Part shown: one piece after another, positions 47,282-57,825 of the stretch
Layout: every line of letters begins with the position of its first letter
Numbering within the stretch: the first letter of the stretch is position 1
Assembly: GCA_037447435.1 (NCBI GenBank)
Contig: JBBIGR010000001.1
Span: 192,001-256,000, forward strand
Direction of reading: 5' to 3'
DNA length: 64,000 nt
Source: Fibrobacteria bacterium
GTDB taxonomy: Bacteria > Fibrobacterota > Chitinivibrionia > Chitinivibrionales > FEN-1185
Position numbers and translations under genes: made by a program
The notes under the pieces: model-generated
The model's input: only the letters and a program-made list of their open reading frames with translations
The model's database searches: none
What the model was told of the DNA's origin: nothing

Positions 47282-48111
47282 GCCGTTTCCCGTTTACCGT
47301 TGAGCTTAACAAATACAAGTACTCCGATCATCGTTACCAGCGTAAGAACAACCGAAATCGATGACGACAGCGGCCAATTTCTTGTGACGGTCAGCTCACG
47401 GGCTATGACGTTGCCCAGCATGAAGGAATCGCGACCGCCGACAAGTTGCGGCACCGCATATTGTCCGAAAGCCGGAATAAACGTAAACAATATCGCGGTG
47501 ATGATTCCCGATTTAATCGCGGGAAGCAGGACTTTGACCATGGCCTGGCTTTTGGTTGCACCCAAATCCTGCGCTGCCTCGAGCAAAGAAAAATCGAATT
47601 TTTCTATCGTTGAATAGAGGGGAAGGATCGCAAACGGCAAATACGTATACACCATGACGACAATGACGGCATATTGATTATATAGAAATTGCGTCGGCGA
47701 ATTTATGATGTGCGTTGCGATCAGGAATTCGTTCAAAAACCCATTGTTTCCCAAAATCGCTATCCAGGCATAAATACGGATGAGAAAATTGGTCCAGAAC
47801 GGTATGATGACAAGCAACAAAAAAAGTGTTTTATATTTACTTCTTGCAATATAATAAGCGGCGGGAATAGCCAAAATCAATGTCAATGCGGTTGCCGCCA
47901 TTGCCTGAAATACGGTTGTGGCCGCGACAATGAGCAGCGTCGAGTTGGCAAGTGCGGAATAGGCGGCCAGGGAAAAATGCCCTACGACTCCGCCGTACAA
48001 TCCTTTTTGCAAAAAACTGTAAAGAAAAATAACGGCAATGGGCACTACGAAAAATACGGTGATCCACACTGCCACGGGAAAGGTATAAGCGGGGCCGTAA
48101 TTACGCCTCAC
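47278..48111 (-). CDS. potB: Polyamine ABC transporter permease
   Basis: PFWTNFLIRIYAW, YLPFAILPLY, EAAQDLGA. Confidence 0.9.
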   Translation of the reverse strand: MRRNYGPAYTFPVAVWITVFFVVPIAVIFLYSFLQKGLYGGVVGHFSLAAYSALANSTLLIVAATTVFQAMAATALTLILAIPAAYYIARSKYKTLFLLLVIIPFWTNFLIRIYAWIAILGNNGFLNEFLIATHIINSPTQFLYNQYAVIVVMVYTYLPFAILPLYSTIEKFDFSLLEAAQDLGATKSQAMVKVLLPAIKSGIITAILFTFIPAFGQYAVPQLVGGRDSFMLGNVIARELTVTRNWPLSSSISVVLTLVTMIGVLVFVKLNGKRETA

Positions 48112-49193
48112 GGTCGTCGCGCCTCCACGATATAGCCGTCATGCGCGTTCCAAAAAGCAAAGGCAGTATCGCCGTAGCGCACGGCGTCCGATGCTTCTTT
48201 CGCACCATGTTGCTGTTTGAATACCTTCAGTTGCTGGCCAAAGGCGGTCGTGAGAAAAAACTTTGTCAAAAAGCCGGTATATATGGTTTCGTCGACTTTT
48301 CCTTCGATACAATTTTGCGAATCGTCGGACACCGGTTTCGACTTGCTTATCCTGATTTTTTCCGGACGGATCGCACAGTGAACCGCATCGCCGATTTCCA
48401 CGTTTTGTGATGCGGCAACCAGTATGTTCCCGCAATTCGGCGTCGACAATGTCGCTATTCCATTATTTTTTGCAACAACATTTCCCTGTAGCATATTCGT
48501 TTCCCCGATAAATGTTGCGACAAAGGAATTTGCCGGGGTTTCGTAAATTTCGGCAGGCGTCCCGACCTGTTGAATCACACCTTCATTCATCACCGCAACC
48601 CTGTCGGACACGCTTATCGCCTCCTGCTGGTCGTGAGTCACATAAATAAAGGTGATTCCTATCTGGTCGTGAATTGCATCGAGTTCGATAAGCATATGCT
48701 GCCGGAGTTTGGCGTCGAGCAATAGCACGCTCGGTTCGTTGATCAATGCGCGCGCAATGGCAACGCGTTGTTTTTGCCCGCCCGACATCTGTGAAGGCAT
48801 TTTGAATATATGATCGTCAAGTTTCACGAGTTTCAAATAATGGCGTACTCTTTCGTCCAGTTCGTTTTCTTTTGTTTTTTTCAACCGTAAAGGGAACGCG
48901 ACGTTTTCATATACCGAAAGATGCGGGAACAATGCGTAACTTTGAAATACGGTATTGACATGACGCTTGTTGGACGGCAAAGAAAGAACGCTTGAGTCAT
49001 CGAGAAGGACATCGCCTTCGGATGGATCTTCGAAACCGGCGATTATGCGCAACAGCGTTGTTTTACCGCAGCCCGAAGGTCCGAGCAATGAAAAAAATTC
49101 GCCTTTTTTTATTTCAAAGCTCACATCGGAAACGGCAGAAAAACGGCCGAATTGACGGCTGACATTTCTTATGGTAACGGTACTTCCCTTCAA
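48108..49193 (-). CDS. potA: Polyamine ABC transporter ATPase, with an in-frame deletion at Walker B/D-loop as assembled
   Basis: GPSGCGKTT, VFQSYALFPH, MSGGQKQR, VTHDQ and TOBE tail; reads VLLLD-AKLR where VLLLDEPLSALDAKLR is expected. Confidence 0.88.
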   Translation of the reverse strand: MKGSTVTIRNVSRQFGRFSAVSDVSFEIKKGEFFSLLGPSGCGKTTLLRIIAGFEDPSEGDVLLDDSSVLSLPSNKRHVNTVFQSYALFPHLSVYENVAFPLRLKKTKENELDERVRHYLKLVKLDDHIFKMPSQMSGGQKQRVAIARALINEPSVLLLDAKLRQHMLIELDAIHDQIGITFIYVTHDQQEAISVSDRVAVMNEGVIQQVGTPAEIYETPANSFVATFIGETNMLQGNVVAKNNGIATLSTPNCGNILVAASQNVEIGDAVHCAIRPEKIRISKSKPVSDDSQNCIEGKVDETIYTGFLTKFFLTTAFGQQLKVFKQQHGAKEASDAVRYGDTAFAFWNAHDGYIVEARRP

Positions 49194-49313
49194 AGCCTGC
49201 CTCGCTAAAATGAATGTGCGGTATTGTACGGTGTTTCAAAAATATATTTATTCATTGCAATAACAATAATTACTGCATGTAGTATTTTTAAATTTCTTTA
49301 ACCAGGCATACTA

Positions 49314-49931
49314 ATGATTGCAATTATCGATTACAAAGCCGGAAACCTTACCTCTGTTAAAAGGGCGCTTGATTATTTGGGTATTCCCAATGTGATTACG
49401 CCCGATCCCGAAGTCATTTTGAAAAGCGAGCGGATAATTTTCCCCGGAGTCGGCAATGCCGAAACCGCGATTCCCGTTTTGCGCGAACGAGGCATAGATT
49501 CCGCCCTGAAACAGGCTTTTTTGCAGGGAATACCCATACTCGGAATTTGCCTTGGTACTCAAATAATTTTGTCGCATTCCGAAGAAGGCGATACGCAGTG
49601 TCTCGGCATTATTGAGGGCACGGTTAAAAAATTCGACTTAAAAAATCCGATGTTCAAGATTCCCCACATGGGTTGGAATGAAATCATGGTGCAGACCCCC
49701 CATTTCGTGCTGAAAGACATTACCAAGGGTTCGCAGGTGTATTTCGTCCATTCGTTTTATCCGCAACCGGCTGATAAATCCATGGTTATTGCTTCATGTG
49801 AATACGAGATAACCTTCCCATGCGCAATCGGGACAAAAAACCTTATCGCGACCCAGTTTCACCCGGAGAAAAGCGGCTTTATCGGGCTTTCGGTGCTTAA
49901 AAACTTTGCAGCCTGGACACCATCATGTTGA
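49314..49931 (+). CDS. hisH: Imidazole glycerol phosphate synthase, glutaminase subunit
   Basis: [39 protein letters not shown]. Confidence 0.95.
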   Translation: MIAIIDYKAGNLTSVKRALDYLGIPNVITPDPEVILKSERIIFPGVGNAETAIPVLRERGIDSALKQAFLQGIPILGICLGTQIILSHSEEGDTQCLGIIEGTVKKFDLKNPMFKIPHMGWNEIMVQTPHFVLKDITKGSQVYFVHSFYPQPADKSMVIASCEYEITFPCAIGTKNLIATQFHPEKSGFIGLSVLKNFAAWTPSC

Positions 49932-50701
49932 GCAAACGCATTATTTCATGCCTTGATGTTCGCGACGGAAAACTTGCTAAAAGCGTTAAATTCGTCGATA
50001 CAAAAGACATCGGCGATCCTGTCGTCACTGCCAAGAAATATTTCGAGGACGGCATCGACGAACTTGTTTTTTACGACATCACCGCCTCAAGCGACAAACG
50101 AAACATCATGCTCGACGTTGTCAGCAATGTCGCGAGTCAGATTTTCATTCCGTTTTCGGTAGGCGGCGGTTTGCGATCGGTTGACGACTGTAAAAAAGTG
50201 CTGCTGGCCGGGGCTGAAAAAGTCAATGTCAATACCGCGGCGGTCGCCAACCCGCAGCTTATTTCCGAAGCCTCTGCCGCATTCGGCGCCCAGTGCGTGG
50301 TGCTGTCTATGGACGTGCTTCGCACCGACGTTTCCGACACGATTCCCTCGGGATATGAAATCGTGACTCACGGCGGACGCAATCGCACCGGTCTGGATGC
50401 CATCGCCTGGGCCAAAAAAGGCGAGTTTCTGGGCGCCGGGGAAATCGTGGTAAATTCCATCGATGCCGACGGGACCAAAGAAGGTTATGAAATTACCTTG
50501 ACGCGCATGATTGCCGAAGCGGTCGGTATCCCGGTCATTGCGTCGGGCGGCGGCGGAACGCCCCAGCATTTATTCGACGTTTTGACCCAAGGCAAAGCCG
50601 ATGCCGCGCTTATCGCTTCCATTCTTCATTTTGGAGAATACACCATTTCTGAAGTAAAAAAATTTCTGCATGAAAAAGGCATTAAAATCCGGTTGCCGTA
50701 A
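49925..50701 (+). CDS. hisF: Imidazole glycerol phosphate synthase, cyclase subunit
   Basis: KRII.CLDV, GDPV, DITAS, VGGG, SIDADGT, ASGG.G, ASILH. Confidence 0.95.
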   Translation: MLSKRIISCLDVRDGKLAKSVKFVDTKDIGDPVVTAKKYFEDGIDELVFYDITASSDKRNIMLDVVSNVASQIFIPFSVGGGLRSVDDCKKVLLAGAEKVNVNTAAVANPQLISEASAAFGAQCVVLSMDVLRTDVSDTIPSGYEIVTHGGRNRTGLDAIAWAKKGEFLGAGEIVVNSIDADGTKEGYEITLTRMIAEAVGIPVIASGGGGTPQHLFDVLTQGKADAALIASILHFGEYTISEVKKFLHEKGIKIRLP

Positions 50702-50744
50702 ATCGTTTTCCCTCTTTTATAACCCCTGTGGTTGATGGCAACAG

Positions 50745-51245
50745 TTACCTTACTTTAGATAAAGCAGCCTCGTAATTCGGCTCCTGTGATATTTCCGGAA
50801 CCTGTTCGGTATACGTTACGATTCCTTTTTCATCTATGACAACGACCGCGCGCGACATAAGTCCGCGCATCCCGCCGTCGGCGATGGTGACGCCGTACTC
50901 TTTTCCGAAAGCCGCGTTTCGAAACGTCGATAACGTCACGACATTGCTCAAACCTTCGGTCGTACAAAAACGTTTTGCGGCAAACGGAAGATCCGCAGAG
51001 ATACATAACACGACGGTATTGACAAGACCCGACAACTCCTTATTAAAACGACGAGCCGATGCGGCACAAACGCCGGTATCCAGGCTTGGAAAAATATTAA
51101 GAATTATCTTTTTTCCCGCATAGGCCGACACGGCTATTTCCGAAAGATCGGCACCTGTTAAGGAAAACTGCGGCGCAACGGATCCGATTTTCGGTAAAGA
51201 TCCTACGGTATTGATCGGAGATCCTTTTAAGGTAATGGTGGCCAT
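50745..51245 (-). CDS. tpx: Thiol peroxidase (atypical 2-Cys peroxiredoxin)
   Basis: FPSLDTGVC, ISADLPFA..RFC, RAVVV, EPNYE. Confidence 0.95.
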   Translation of the reverse strand: MATITLKGSPINTVGSLPKIGSVAPQFSLTGADLSEIAVSAYAGKKIILNIFPSLDTGVCAASARRFNKELSGLVNTVVLCISADLPFAAKRFCTTEGLSNVVTLSTFRNAAFGKEYGVTIADGGMRGLMSRAVVVIDEKGIVTYTEQVPEISQEPNYEAALSKVR

Positions 51246-51295
51246 AATTACTCCTTTGTCTAATTTTAATTACTTTCGAGCCGATTTCGACGGAG

Positions 51296-51889
51296 CTATT
51301 TATACGTTGCAAGGTTTTGCAGCATGCTGATCATACCTGAAATGATTGCGTTGGTCAAAACTTTTTCCGCAAACGGAGTAGTGTCCAATGCACTTCGTTC
51401 GTTTTCGCTGACAATGACGAATTGGTTGAGCAGCTCATCGTTTATTGCACTTCTGATTTTTACCCTAAATTTGACAATTGCCCTGATTTCCTGGGAAAAA
51501 ACTTTATTCGATTCTACTAAATCGCAAGTCAGGACTTCCGCTTGAATAACATATTTAGCCGTTGCCCGCTCCTCGGAATAGGCGGACAATTCCCGCAATG
51601 TGCCGGCAATTGAATTTTTAAGCAAAGAGGAAGGCAGAAGCTTTGTGACGATCGGCGCCGATACGTTCCTGCCGGTCCTGGTCATTCCCAATGTGTCGGT
51701 TGGGGCATTTTGTCTTTTATCCAAAATGTCGCCAACGAAAAATTTTACCTGGAGTTTTTGAGAAAATAAACCCTCAAAACTTTGTATTGTAGGATCAATG
51801 AAAACAGGGGCAGTTTGATCTTTTGCCAAAACGATAAACAAAAAAAATCCGATTGTCACCATAGCTTTTTTCAATACGTTCATACACAC
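51296..51889 (-). CDS. Exported protein, YajG-like
   Basis: N-terminal hydrophobic segment; D.R....LG pattern and alpha/beta layout. Confidence 0.5.
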   Translation of the reverse strand: MCMNVLKKAMVTIGFFLFIVLAKDQTAPVFIDPTIQSFEGLFSQKLQVKFFVGDILDKRQNAPTDTLGMTRTGRNVSAPIVTKLLPSSLLKNSIAGTLRELSAYSEERATAKYVIQAEVLTCDLVESNKVFSQEIRAIVKFRVKIRSAINDELLNQFVIVSENERSALDTTPFAEKVLTNAIISGMISMLQNLATYK

Positions 51890-51922
51890 AGCCTTTTAAA
51901 AAGATGAATACTTAAAATACTT

Positions 51923-52013
51923 ATAAAAAGAGCGGGAAGAGTAGTGAACTTTTCCCGCTCAATGAGTACGCAGATTCGAATCGGCAAGAAAGGGTTTTGC
52001 TCTCAAAACCCTT
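51923..52013 (-). terminator. Two tandem hairpins downstream of the OmpA gene, the distal one with a T-tract
   Basis: AAGGGTTTTG/CAAAACCCTT (about 51990-52012) and GAGCGGGAAGA/TTTTCCCGCTC (51930-51960) followed by TTTTT on the minus strand. Confidence 0.75.
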
Positions 52014-52040
52014 CCTATCGCATATTCTTAACGGTCAATG

Positions 52041-54578
52041 TCAATATTTCGCACCCTTGATTTGTGCGGCTTTGACGCGTTCCTTAAAATCGGCTTCGAG
52101 CAGCTTCAGCCGTGAATAATCCTCATTTGTTTCAATGACCTTAAATTCCACACGACGATTCAGCGCTCTGCCTTGAGCCGTATTATTGGTTGCAATGGGC
52201 CTTGTTTTGCCATACCCTATTGCAATAATTACGGAATCCGAAACACCCTGGCTCACCAGATAATACCTGACCGAGGCGGCTCTGGCTGCCGACAGAAGCA
52301 AGTTATAGTCATCATTGCCTCTGCTATCCGTATGCCCTTGGATTTCATATTTAAGGAACGGATACTGTTTCAGGAAATTAACAATAGACATAAGAGCCGT
52401 GTAAGAATCGGTTGTCAGTTCCGCGCTTGCGGTTTTAAAATTGATAGCGCGTAATGCTTTATTCAGCGCTTTTTCTTCCTTTGCCGTTGGCTTGGGCAAA
52501 GTATCGGGACAACCGTCTTCGTCTTTATAGCCGTTATAAGTTTCAGGCTGATTCGGACATTTATCCAACGTGTCTGCTATGCCGTCTTTGTCATTATCAT
52601 AGTCGGGGCAACCGTCGCTGTCTTCGAATCCATCGATATCTTCCGGAATATTTATGCATTTATCCAGCGAATCGACTACGCCGTCTCTGTCGTTATCAAA
52701 GTCGGGACAACCGTCATTGTCTTCAAACCCGTCTTTATCTTCAGGAGCATTTGGACATTTGTCCAGTGAATCCGGAATTCCGTCTTTGTCGTTATCAAAA
52801 TCGGGACAACCGTCTTCGTCTTGAAATCCATCGAAGTCTTCCGGTTGCGTCGGGCAATTATCTATGCCGTGGCATACATTCGCATACAGCGAATCCTTAT
52901 GGAATGCGCTCACCCACGGATCGCATAGACCGTCTTTATCCTGATCGGCAATCGGACATCCATTGGAATCCAAAACGCCCGGGAAGCCCTTGGGAGGATC
53001 GAACAGGCATTTGCTCACATGCGGTGTTTGTTTCGGTTTGACTCCCCAGTTAACATTGATGGCGCCGGCCAATTCCATACCGCGGGAAGGGACGAACCAA
53101 GGAGTTCCAATTGCTTTGTACGAACCATGAATAGAAAAATACCTGAAATTAAATCCAAGACCCAATGCGGATCCCATGAGTTCTTCACCGCCGAAAATCA
53201 GACCTAATCTCATCGGGATAAACCCGTTAAGAACGCCGACTTCCGAACCCAGCGACAGGCGGGGAATAAATGATTTACCCGGAGCGCTTGCGAGGCTTTG
53301 TTCGTAGTTTGCCGCGACAATTGCGTATTCCGCAAGATATTTAAGACCTTTCTTTTTTGCCAAGGTCGCAAAATCCCATTTATACGCATAGCCGATATTC
53401 ATGGCAAGGGGAAGGGAGGTAGCGAAACCATTTGCATTTGTCAGTGTATCGCTTTTATCTGAAACATATTCGCCGAGGTCGCGGTCGAATATTTTCTTGC
53501 TCGCATCATTTAGCCCGCTTGGTCCGGATTTTCCTTCCACGCCTTTCATGATTTTATAGAAATCGAGGTTGTCTTTTTTGATTTTGAGATCGACTTCCTG
53601 GGTTCCGTTCATCCAAAACAAAACACCCAAATCGGTGAAATTTATAGATAAAGTAGCATTGTCATCGTATAAAATACCGCCGATATCCAACCCGATACCA
53701 TGACCGGCAATGGGTAATCCGTTTTTAAAAGGATTCTGAAATATCCAATTTCCCGATAACCCGGCTCCGGCTGTCTGCACTTTCATTTCGCCGTCGACAG
53801 CGATGGCATTGGGACCCGAATTATAAACAGCAGACCCTTTCAGCATTTCGGCTCGCATATAGGAATGTCCCATGACGTATTTGATGCCCAAACCGCCCGC
53901 TCCGTAGCGAAGGCCGAAAAACTTATTTAATTCCGGAATTGAAACAGGCAAACCGATGCTTAATTTAAAATCCGTTGTCCAGATTGCTTCCTGCTTAAAG
54001 TTGCTGAAATCAAGCTTATTGTCTCTGACAAGGCCTTTATCGGCCGAAAACAACAGCATGAGAGGACCTTCGGGTATCGTCAGTTCTTCTTCGGCCCTGG
54101 TCGTAATATCAAAGGCGAACCGGCCTTGAGCAATTGAAAACAGAGAGGTTTTAACGCCGCCGTATAAATTGAAGCCGCCTTTTAAGCCGTTTGTCAATTT
54201 ATCGGAAACCTTTCTCCCCGTGGTGTCGGCCATATCGTCGTCGGTTATGTTGAAAGATTCTGCAAAGATTTTAGACGTCGTCTTTGCAAACTCCGCGGAA
54301 TCCCCCATATTCCAATAGGGATGAAACGGCGACACCGCGAGCTTGTTGCTCCAGTATCCGACGCCGAGATCGGTGAATGGAAACAACAATACACCGCCTG
54401 AAGGCGGCCTATCGACGCCTAAAAGAGCCGGATTATAAAAGGAGGCTTCATATGCGGATCCGGTTGCATTGCGCGCAAGCGTGGTCCCGCAGTTTTTGGG
54501 GTCCAGATCGACACCGGCAAAAGCCGTTACTGCAGTGATAAACACTATCGATGAAATTAACGAATGAAAAGGTCGCAT
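52041..54578 (-). CDS. Outer-membrane protein: beta-barrel (DUF5723-like) + thrombospondin type 3 repeats + OmpA C-terminal domain
   Basis: Signal peptide, YNPALL, amphipathic strands, D.DKDG..D..DKCP repeats, GHTDS...N..LS..RA..V, NRRVEF. Confidence 0.88.
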   Translation of the reverse strand: MRPFHSLISSIVFITAVTAFAGVDLDPKNCGTTLARNATGSAYEASFYNPALLGVDRPPSGGVLLFPFTDLGVGYWSNKLAVSPFHPYWNMGDSAEFAKTTSKIFAESFNITDDDMADTTGRKVSDKLTNGLKGGFNLYGGVKTSLFSIAQGRFAFDITTRAEEELTIPEGPLMLLFSADKGLVRDNKLDFSNFKQEAIWTTDFKLSIGLPVSIPELNKFFGLRYGAGGLGIKYVMGHSYMRAEMLKGSAVYNSGPNAIAVDGEMKVQTAGAGLSGNWIFQNPFKNGLPIAGHGIGLDIGGILYDDNATLSINFTDLGVLFWMNGTQEVDLKIKKDNLDFYKIMKGVEGKSGPSGLNDASKKIFDRDLGEYVSDKSDTLTNANGFATSLPLAMNIGYAYKWDFATLAKKKGLKYLAEYAIVAANYEQSLASAPGKSFIPRLSLGSEVGVLNGFIPMRLGLIFGGEELMGSALGLGFNFRYFSIHGSYKAIGTPWFVPSRGMELAGAINVNWGVKPKQTPHVSKCLFDPPKGFPGVLDSNGCPIADQDKDGLCDPWVSAFHKDSLYANVCHGIDNCPTQPEDFDGFQDEDGCPDFDNDKDGIPDSLDKCPNAPEDKDGFEDNDGCPDFDNDRDGVVDSLDKCINIPEDIDGFEDSDGCPDYDNDKDGIADTLDKCPNQPETYNGYKDEDGCPDTLPKPTAKEEKALNKALRAINFKTASAELTTDSYTALMSIVNFLKQYPFLKYEIQGHTDSRGNDDYNLLLSAARAASVRYYLVSQGVSDSVIIAIGYGKTRPIATNNTAQGRALNRRVEFKVIETNEDYSRLKLLEADFKERVKAAQIKGAKY
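52504..52900 (-). repeat. Coding tandem repeat, about 99-bp period (Ca-binding TSP3-like units)
   Basis: TCGGG(A/G)CAACCGTC recurs near 52504, 52603, 52702 and 52801. Confidence 0.85.
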
Positions 54579-54608
54579 TCTGTTTCGCCTTTCTCTATAG
54601 TTCTAAAA

Positions 54609-56822
54609 TTATTGAACGATGTTGTTCATGCTGTTTACGCCTTCGATACGGATCCGGGATTTAATGTATACGTTGTCCGTATCTTTGAGGACATCGCTGC
54701 TCTTTTTATAGAACTTGAGCACCCAGCGCCAATAACACGTATCCGTTTCCAATATCGAGTTCAATTGCCTCTCATTAATTTCAACCGAATTGTCGACAAC
54801 GCTGTCCCGTGCGGGGATCAGGACGCCCTGCGAACCGAACAAATTAACATAGCCGCTGTCCTCAGCCGTACCGGCGGGTGAAAACAGCAAACTGCAAATT
54901 TTGGATGTCGTCAATGAATCGAGTAAATTCCGACGGCCTTTTTTAGGATCGATCAGCGCATACAGCGTTGCATTGACGTTTGAGTGATTGGTGAGCGTCA
55001 TATCGAACGCGGCGACGCGGCTTCTCATCCTTTTGAATACGTCAAGTCCTTCGGGAATCGCGAAAAACCCGGTGCCCAGATCCATGAAGACATCGCTCGT
55101 CACTGCCCATCCAAGCGGCGCTTTCAGCGAATCTTCCAAATCACCCTTCATTCTCATACCGCCCTGAACCTGGCCGAACGTCTGCATGTTGTTGACAATA
55201 AGCATTTTTGTGCCGACCGGAATTTCCGCGTGAATCCGAGTCGAAATGCTGTCGGGAAACAAATTGACGATTTTGGTAATGTCGATGGAATCGACCAAAT
55301 GGCTTTTATTGTGCACATTATGAAAAACTGCAAATGTGGAGCAAACCACAGCCGGTGTTTTCGGATCAAAAGCCAGGAACTTGACACGGAAACTGTCTAT
55401 AAATGCGCTATCGGGCAAGGAAATGTCCATTGCCGATTCCACATACGCGGAATTAAGGAAAAACCGGCCTCTCAGGGAATCCTTGACCGATTCGCGCCAC
55501 GGAAACCGGATAGGATCTGTTCGAGGATCGCCGTTTTTTTGATACGCGGCCTTGACCGTACCGTACATCTGCTGGTATTCGACATGGTCGGGACTTATTG
55601 TAAACACCACCGAATCGCCGGCCGAAAGGGTGTCCCATTTTCCCGTGGGCGGCCTTGTTGACACATAGTAATGCACGGTTGAAACCGACTGTTGTTTTAC
55701 CGTGTCCCATTCCGGAAAAAGTCTTTTCAACGACAGGTCCAAAATTCCTATATTCGAATTCGCGTGGGCGTTGAACGGAAGCACCTGGGAACCGGCAGCG
55801 CGGTTACCCCAGAAATATGAATTGGAATCGGCTTTTGTCAGATTAGCTGCCGCCAAATCGGCGATACTTCTGATCTGATCCGGCCTGTTCGTGCAGAAAT
55901 CCTTACGCCAAACATTCTCATGAACCATGCTCAGATTGACGTCCAATCCGGTGGCATTGTTCATTTTGTAATTGTAATATCCGTTTCCACAATCGACATA
56001 ATCGATGGAAACCGTGTCTGTGATTTTATAATGGTTTGTAAATACTTTGCTGAAAGTAACGACGGAATCCTTAACAATAGCGGAAATGGCGGTCACTGAA
56101 TCGGTAATTACCGTTATCTGCAGGTTCTGACCTGCTGCGACGGTTCCTCCGGCACGCAGCGTCCCGGTCACCTGAAATGCAATCATACTGTCTATTGTTT
56201 TTCCGGCAACGGGATATGAAATCGTTGCGCTTTGGTTTACCTCTATCGATCCGCCCGATACGGCTGCTGCGCCGGCAAGGCTGGTAAGCGTTATGGAAAC
56301 ATTGTCGAGTGCAGCCGCACTACTGTCTGTGATTTTTATTTTTATCGGTCCGCTTTGCGGGTGGAAGGTCACTGCCCTGATTTGTTTATACTGAATTGTG
56401 TCTTTTAACGAAACCGGCGTATTTACATTTACTGCCCCTGCGGCCAGAGGAAGTTTTCGCGTTACCGGTTGCAACCCCGAAAGCGGTAAAGGCCCTATGT
56501 TATCGCTGAATACTTTTTCATTCATGATTTCATGAGTCTGCTCCATAGACATTGAATCTTTTTGTGAAAATGCAAATCCCACCGATTGAATGATCGAATC
56601 GGTTCCATCCGGAAACGTATCGCCGGTGCCGGTGATTATAAGATTGCTGTCTAATTTGATAATCCCGTTCATCTCTTTGCCGACTTTGAATTTCTGATTT
56701 GTAACGGGCAATTCTATTTTCGACCGCCATTTAAGCGTTTGGTCGGTCGGGTTTGAGCAAAACAGCGCCAAGGCCATGAGCACGGGCACAGACCCAAAGG
56801 CAATTTTCTTTAAATTCTTCAC
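54609..56822 (-). CDS. Large hypothetical lipoprotein, partner of the beta-barrel/OmpA gene
   Basis: Lipobox-like ALFC-SNP; beta-rich; many D-S/T motifs; probable GTG start at 56822. Confidence 0.7.
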   Translation of the reverse strand: MKNLKKIAFGSVPVLMALALFCSNPTDQTLKWRSKIELPVTNQKFKVGKEMNGIIKLDSNLIITGTGDTFPDGTDSIIQSVGFAFSQKDSMSMEQTHEIMNEKVFSDNIGPLPLSGLQPVTRKLPLAAGAVNVNTPVSLKDTIQYKQIRAVTFHPQSGPIKIKITDSSAAALDNVSITLTSLAGAAAVSGGSIEVNQSATISYPVAGKTIDSMIAFQVTGTLRAGGTVAAGQNLQITVITDSVTAISAIVKDSVVTFSKVFTNHYKITDTVSIDYVDCGNGYYNYKMNNATGLDVNLSMVHENVWRKDFCTNRPDQIRSIADLAAANLTKADSNSYFWGNRAAGSQVLPFNAHANSNIGILDLSLKRLFPEWDTVKQQSVSTVHYYVSTRPPTGKWDTLSAGDSVVFTISPDHVEYQQMYGTVKAAYQKNGDPRTDPIRFPWRESVKDSLRGRFFLNSAYVESAMDISLPDSAFIDSFRVKFLAFDPKTPAVVCSTFAVFHNVHNKSHLVDSIDITKIVNLFPDSISTRIHAEIPVGTKMLIVNNMQTFGQVQGGMRMKGDLEDSLKAPLGWAVTSDVFMDLGTGFFAIPEGLDVFKRMRSRVAAFDMTLTNHSNVNATLYALIDPKKGRRNLLDSLTTSKICSLLFSPAGTAEDSGYVNLFGSQGVLIPARDSVVDNSVEINERQLNSILETDTCYWRWVLKFYKKSSDVLKDTDNVYIKSRIRIEGVNSMNNIVQ

Positions 56823-57070
56823 CTCGCACGCTCCTTTCAAAGCAAACAGCGGCACAGAATAATCAATATGTTTTCAAGGGCTTTTTAAAAATATAACCAA
56901 ATCAATATTATTAGCCAACTATTAATAACGAAAGCAATTTTATGCAAAACTATCCGTAGACCAAATTTTAATATACTTTGAGCATGGTAGACCCTTGCGT
57001 GCACATGGTATTTTATCCGGATCCATGAACCGTTTGTTTTCATTCACGGCTTAGTTCTCCAGGAGCTCGT

Positions 57071-57730
57071 ATGGACATTTCCCTGCTGCTTGATTATTCG
57101 GATTTTTTCAAAGGCATTTCCGAGCAAAACAAATCGGCCTTGGCTGCGATTTGCGTACCAAAAACGCTTCAGAAGCGGGAAATCCTTTTTTGTGAAGGTG
57201 AAAAAGGCCAATCCATGTATATTTGTGCGAGCGGAAACATACAGGTTTATAAGTCCGGCCCCGGCGGTAAGGAATCGGTAATTAAAATCATCGGGCCTGG
57301 TGAAATTTTTGCCGAGGTCATTTTATTTGAAAAAGACACCTATCCGGCAAATGCGATAGCGCTTAAAAAAAGCAGTGTTTACGTTATATCAAAAAAGCAG
57401 TTTTCGAGCCTTTTAAATGAGGAAAGTTTTCGAAACGATTTTTTCGGCATGCTCATGAAAAAACAACGATACCTTATCGGAAAAATACACGATCTGAGTT
57501 CGCACGATGTTGAAGAACGATTTTTCAGATTTCTTGAAGATCATTACGGCAAAAAACTAGAATACCGAATGACCATTCCTAAAAAGGACATTGCCTTAGC
57601 AATTGGAACCACATCCGAAACATTTTCCAGACTTATCGCCCGACTGAATAAAGATGGAATTTTGAGTATGAAAAAAGATAAAATATCACTTATAGATGGT
57701 TTTTGGAATAATAGAAATATTGACGGATAA
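57071..57730 (+). CDS. Crp/Fnr family transcriptional regulator
   Basis: cNMP-binding fold (LF.EGE, GEIFAE); HTH IA..IGTTSETFSR. Confidence 0.92.
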   Translation: MDISLLLDYSDFFKGISEQNKSALAAICVPKTLQKREILFCEGEKGQSMYICASGNIQVYKSGPGGKESVIKIIGPGEIFAEVILFEKDTYPANAIALKKSSVYVISKKQFSSLLNEESFRNDFFGMLMKKQRYLIGKIHDLSSHDVEERFFRFLEDHYGKKLEYRMTIPKKDIALAIGTTSETFSRLIARLNKDGILSMKKDKISLIDGFWNNRNIDG

Positions 57731-57825
57731 CCGTGGTTTTATGAATAAGCACGCTGCTCACCTTTGCACAAGCCCTTTTGTCAAATATCCCCCTCCTTGA
57801 AATCGAATTCCTTAAGGAGGAGCAT

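Noticed and set aside
49314..50701. hisH/hisF as LPS-amidation paralogues (WbuY/WbuZ type)
   Set aside because: There is no adjacent N-acetyl-sugar amidotransferase or glycan genes, and the sequences look like housekeeping HisH/HisF.
52504..52900. Regularly spaced ~99-bp repeats as a possible CRISPR array
   Set aside because: They are degenerate at third codon positions, lie in frame within the OmpA gene and encode TSP3 repeats; no cas genes are present.
54984..55661. 225-aa plus-strand ORF (likewise 33232-33867, 52454-53041, 59091-59639, 61315-61863)
   Set aside because: These are antisense to well-supported genes and have no recognisable motifs.
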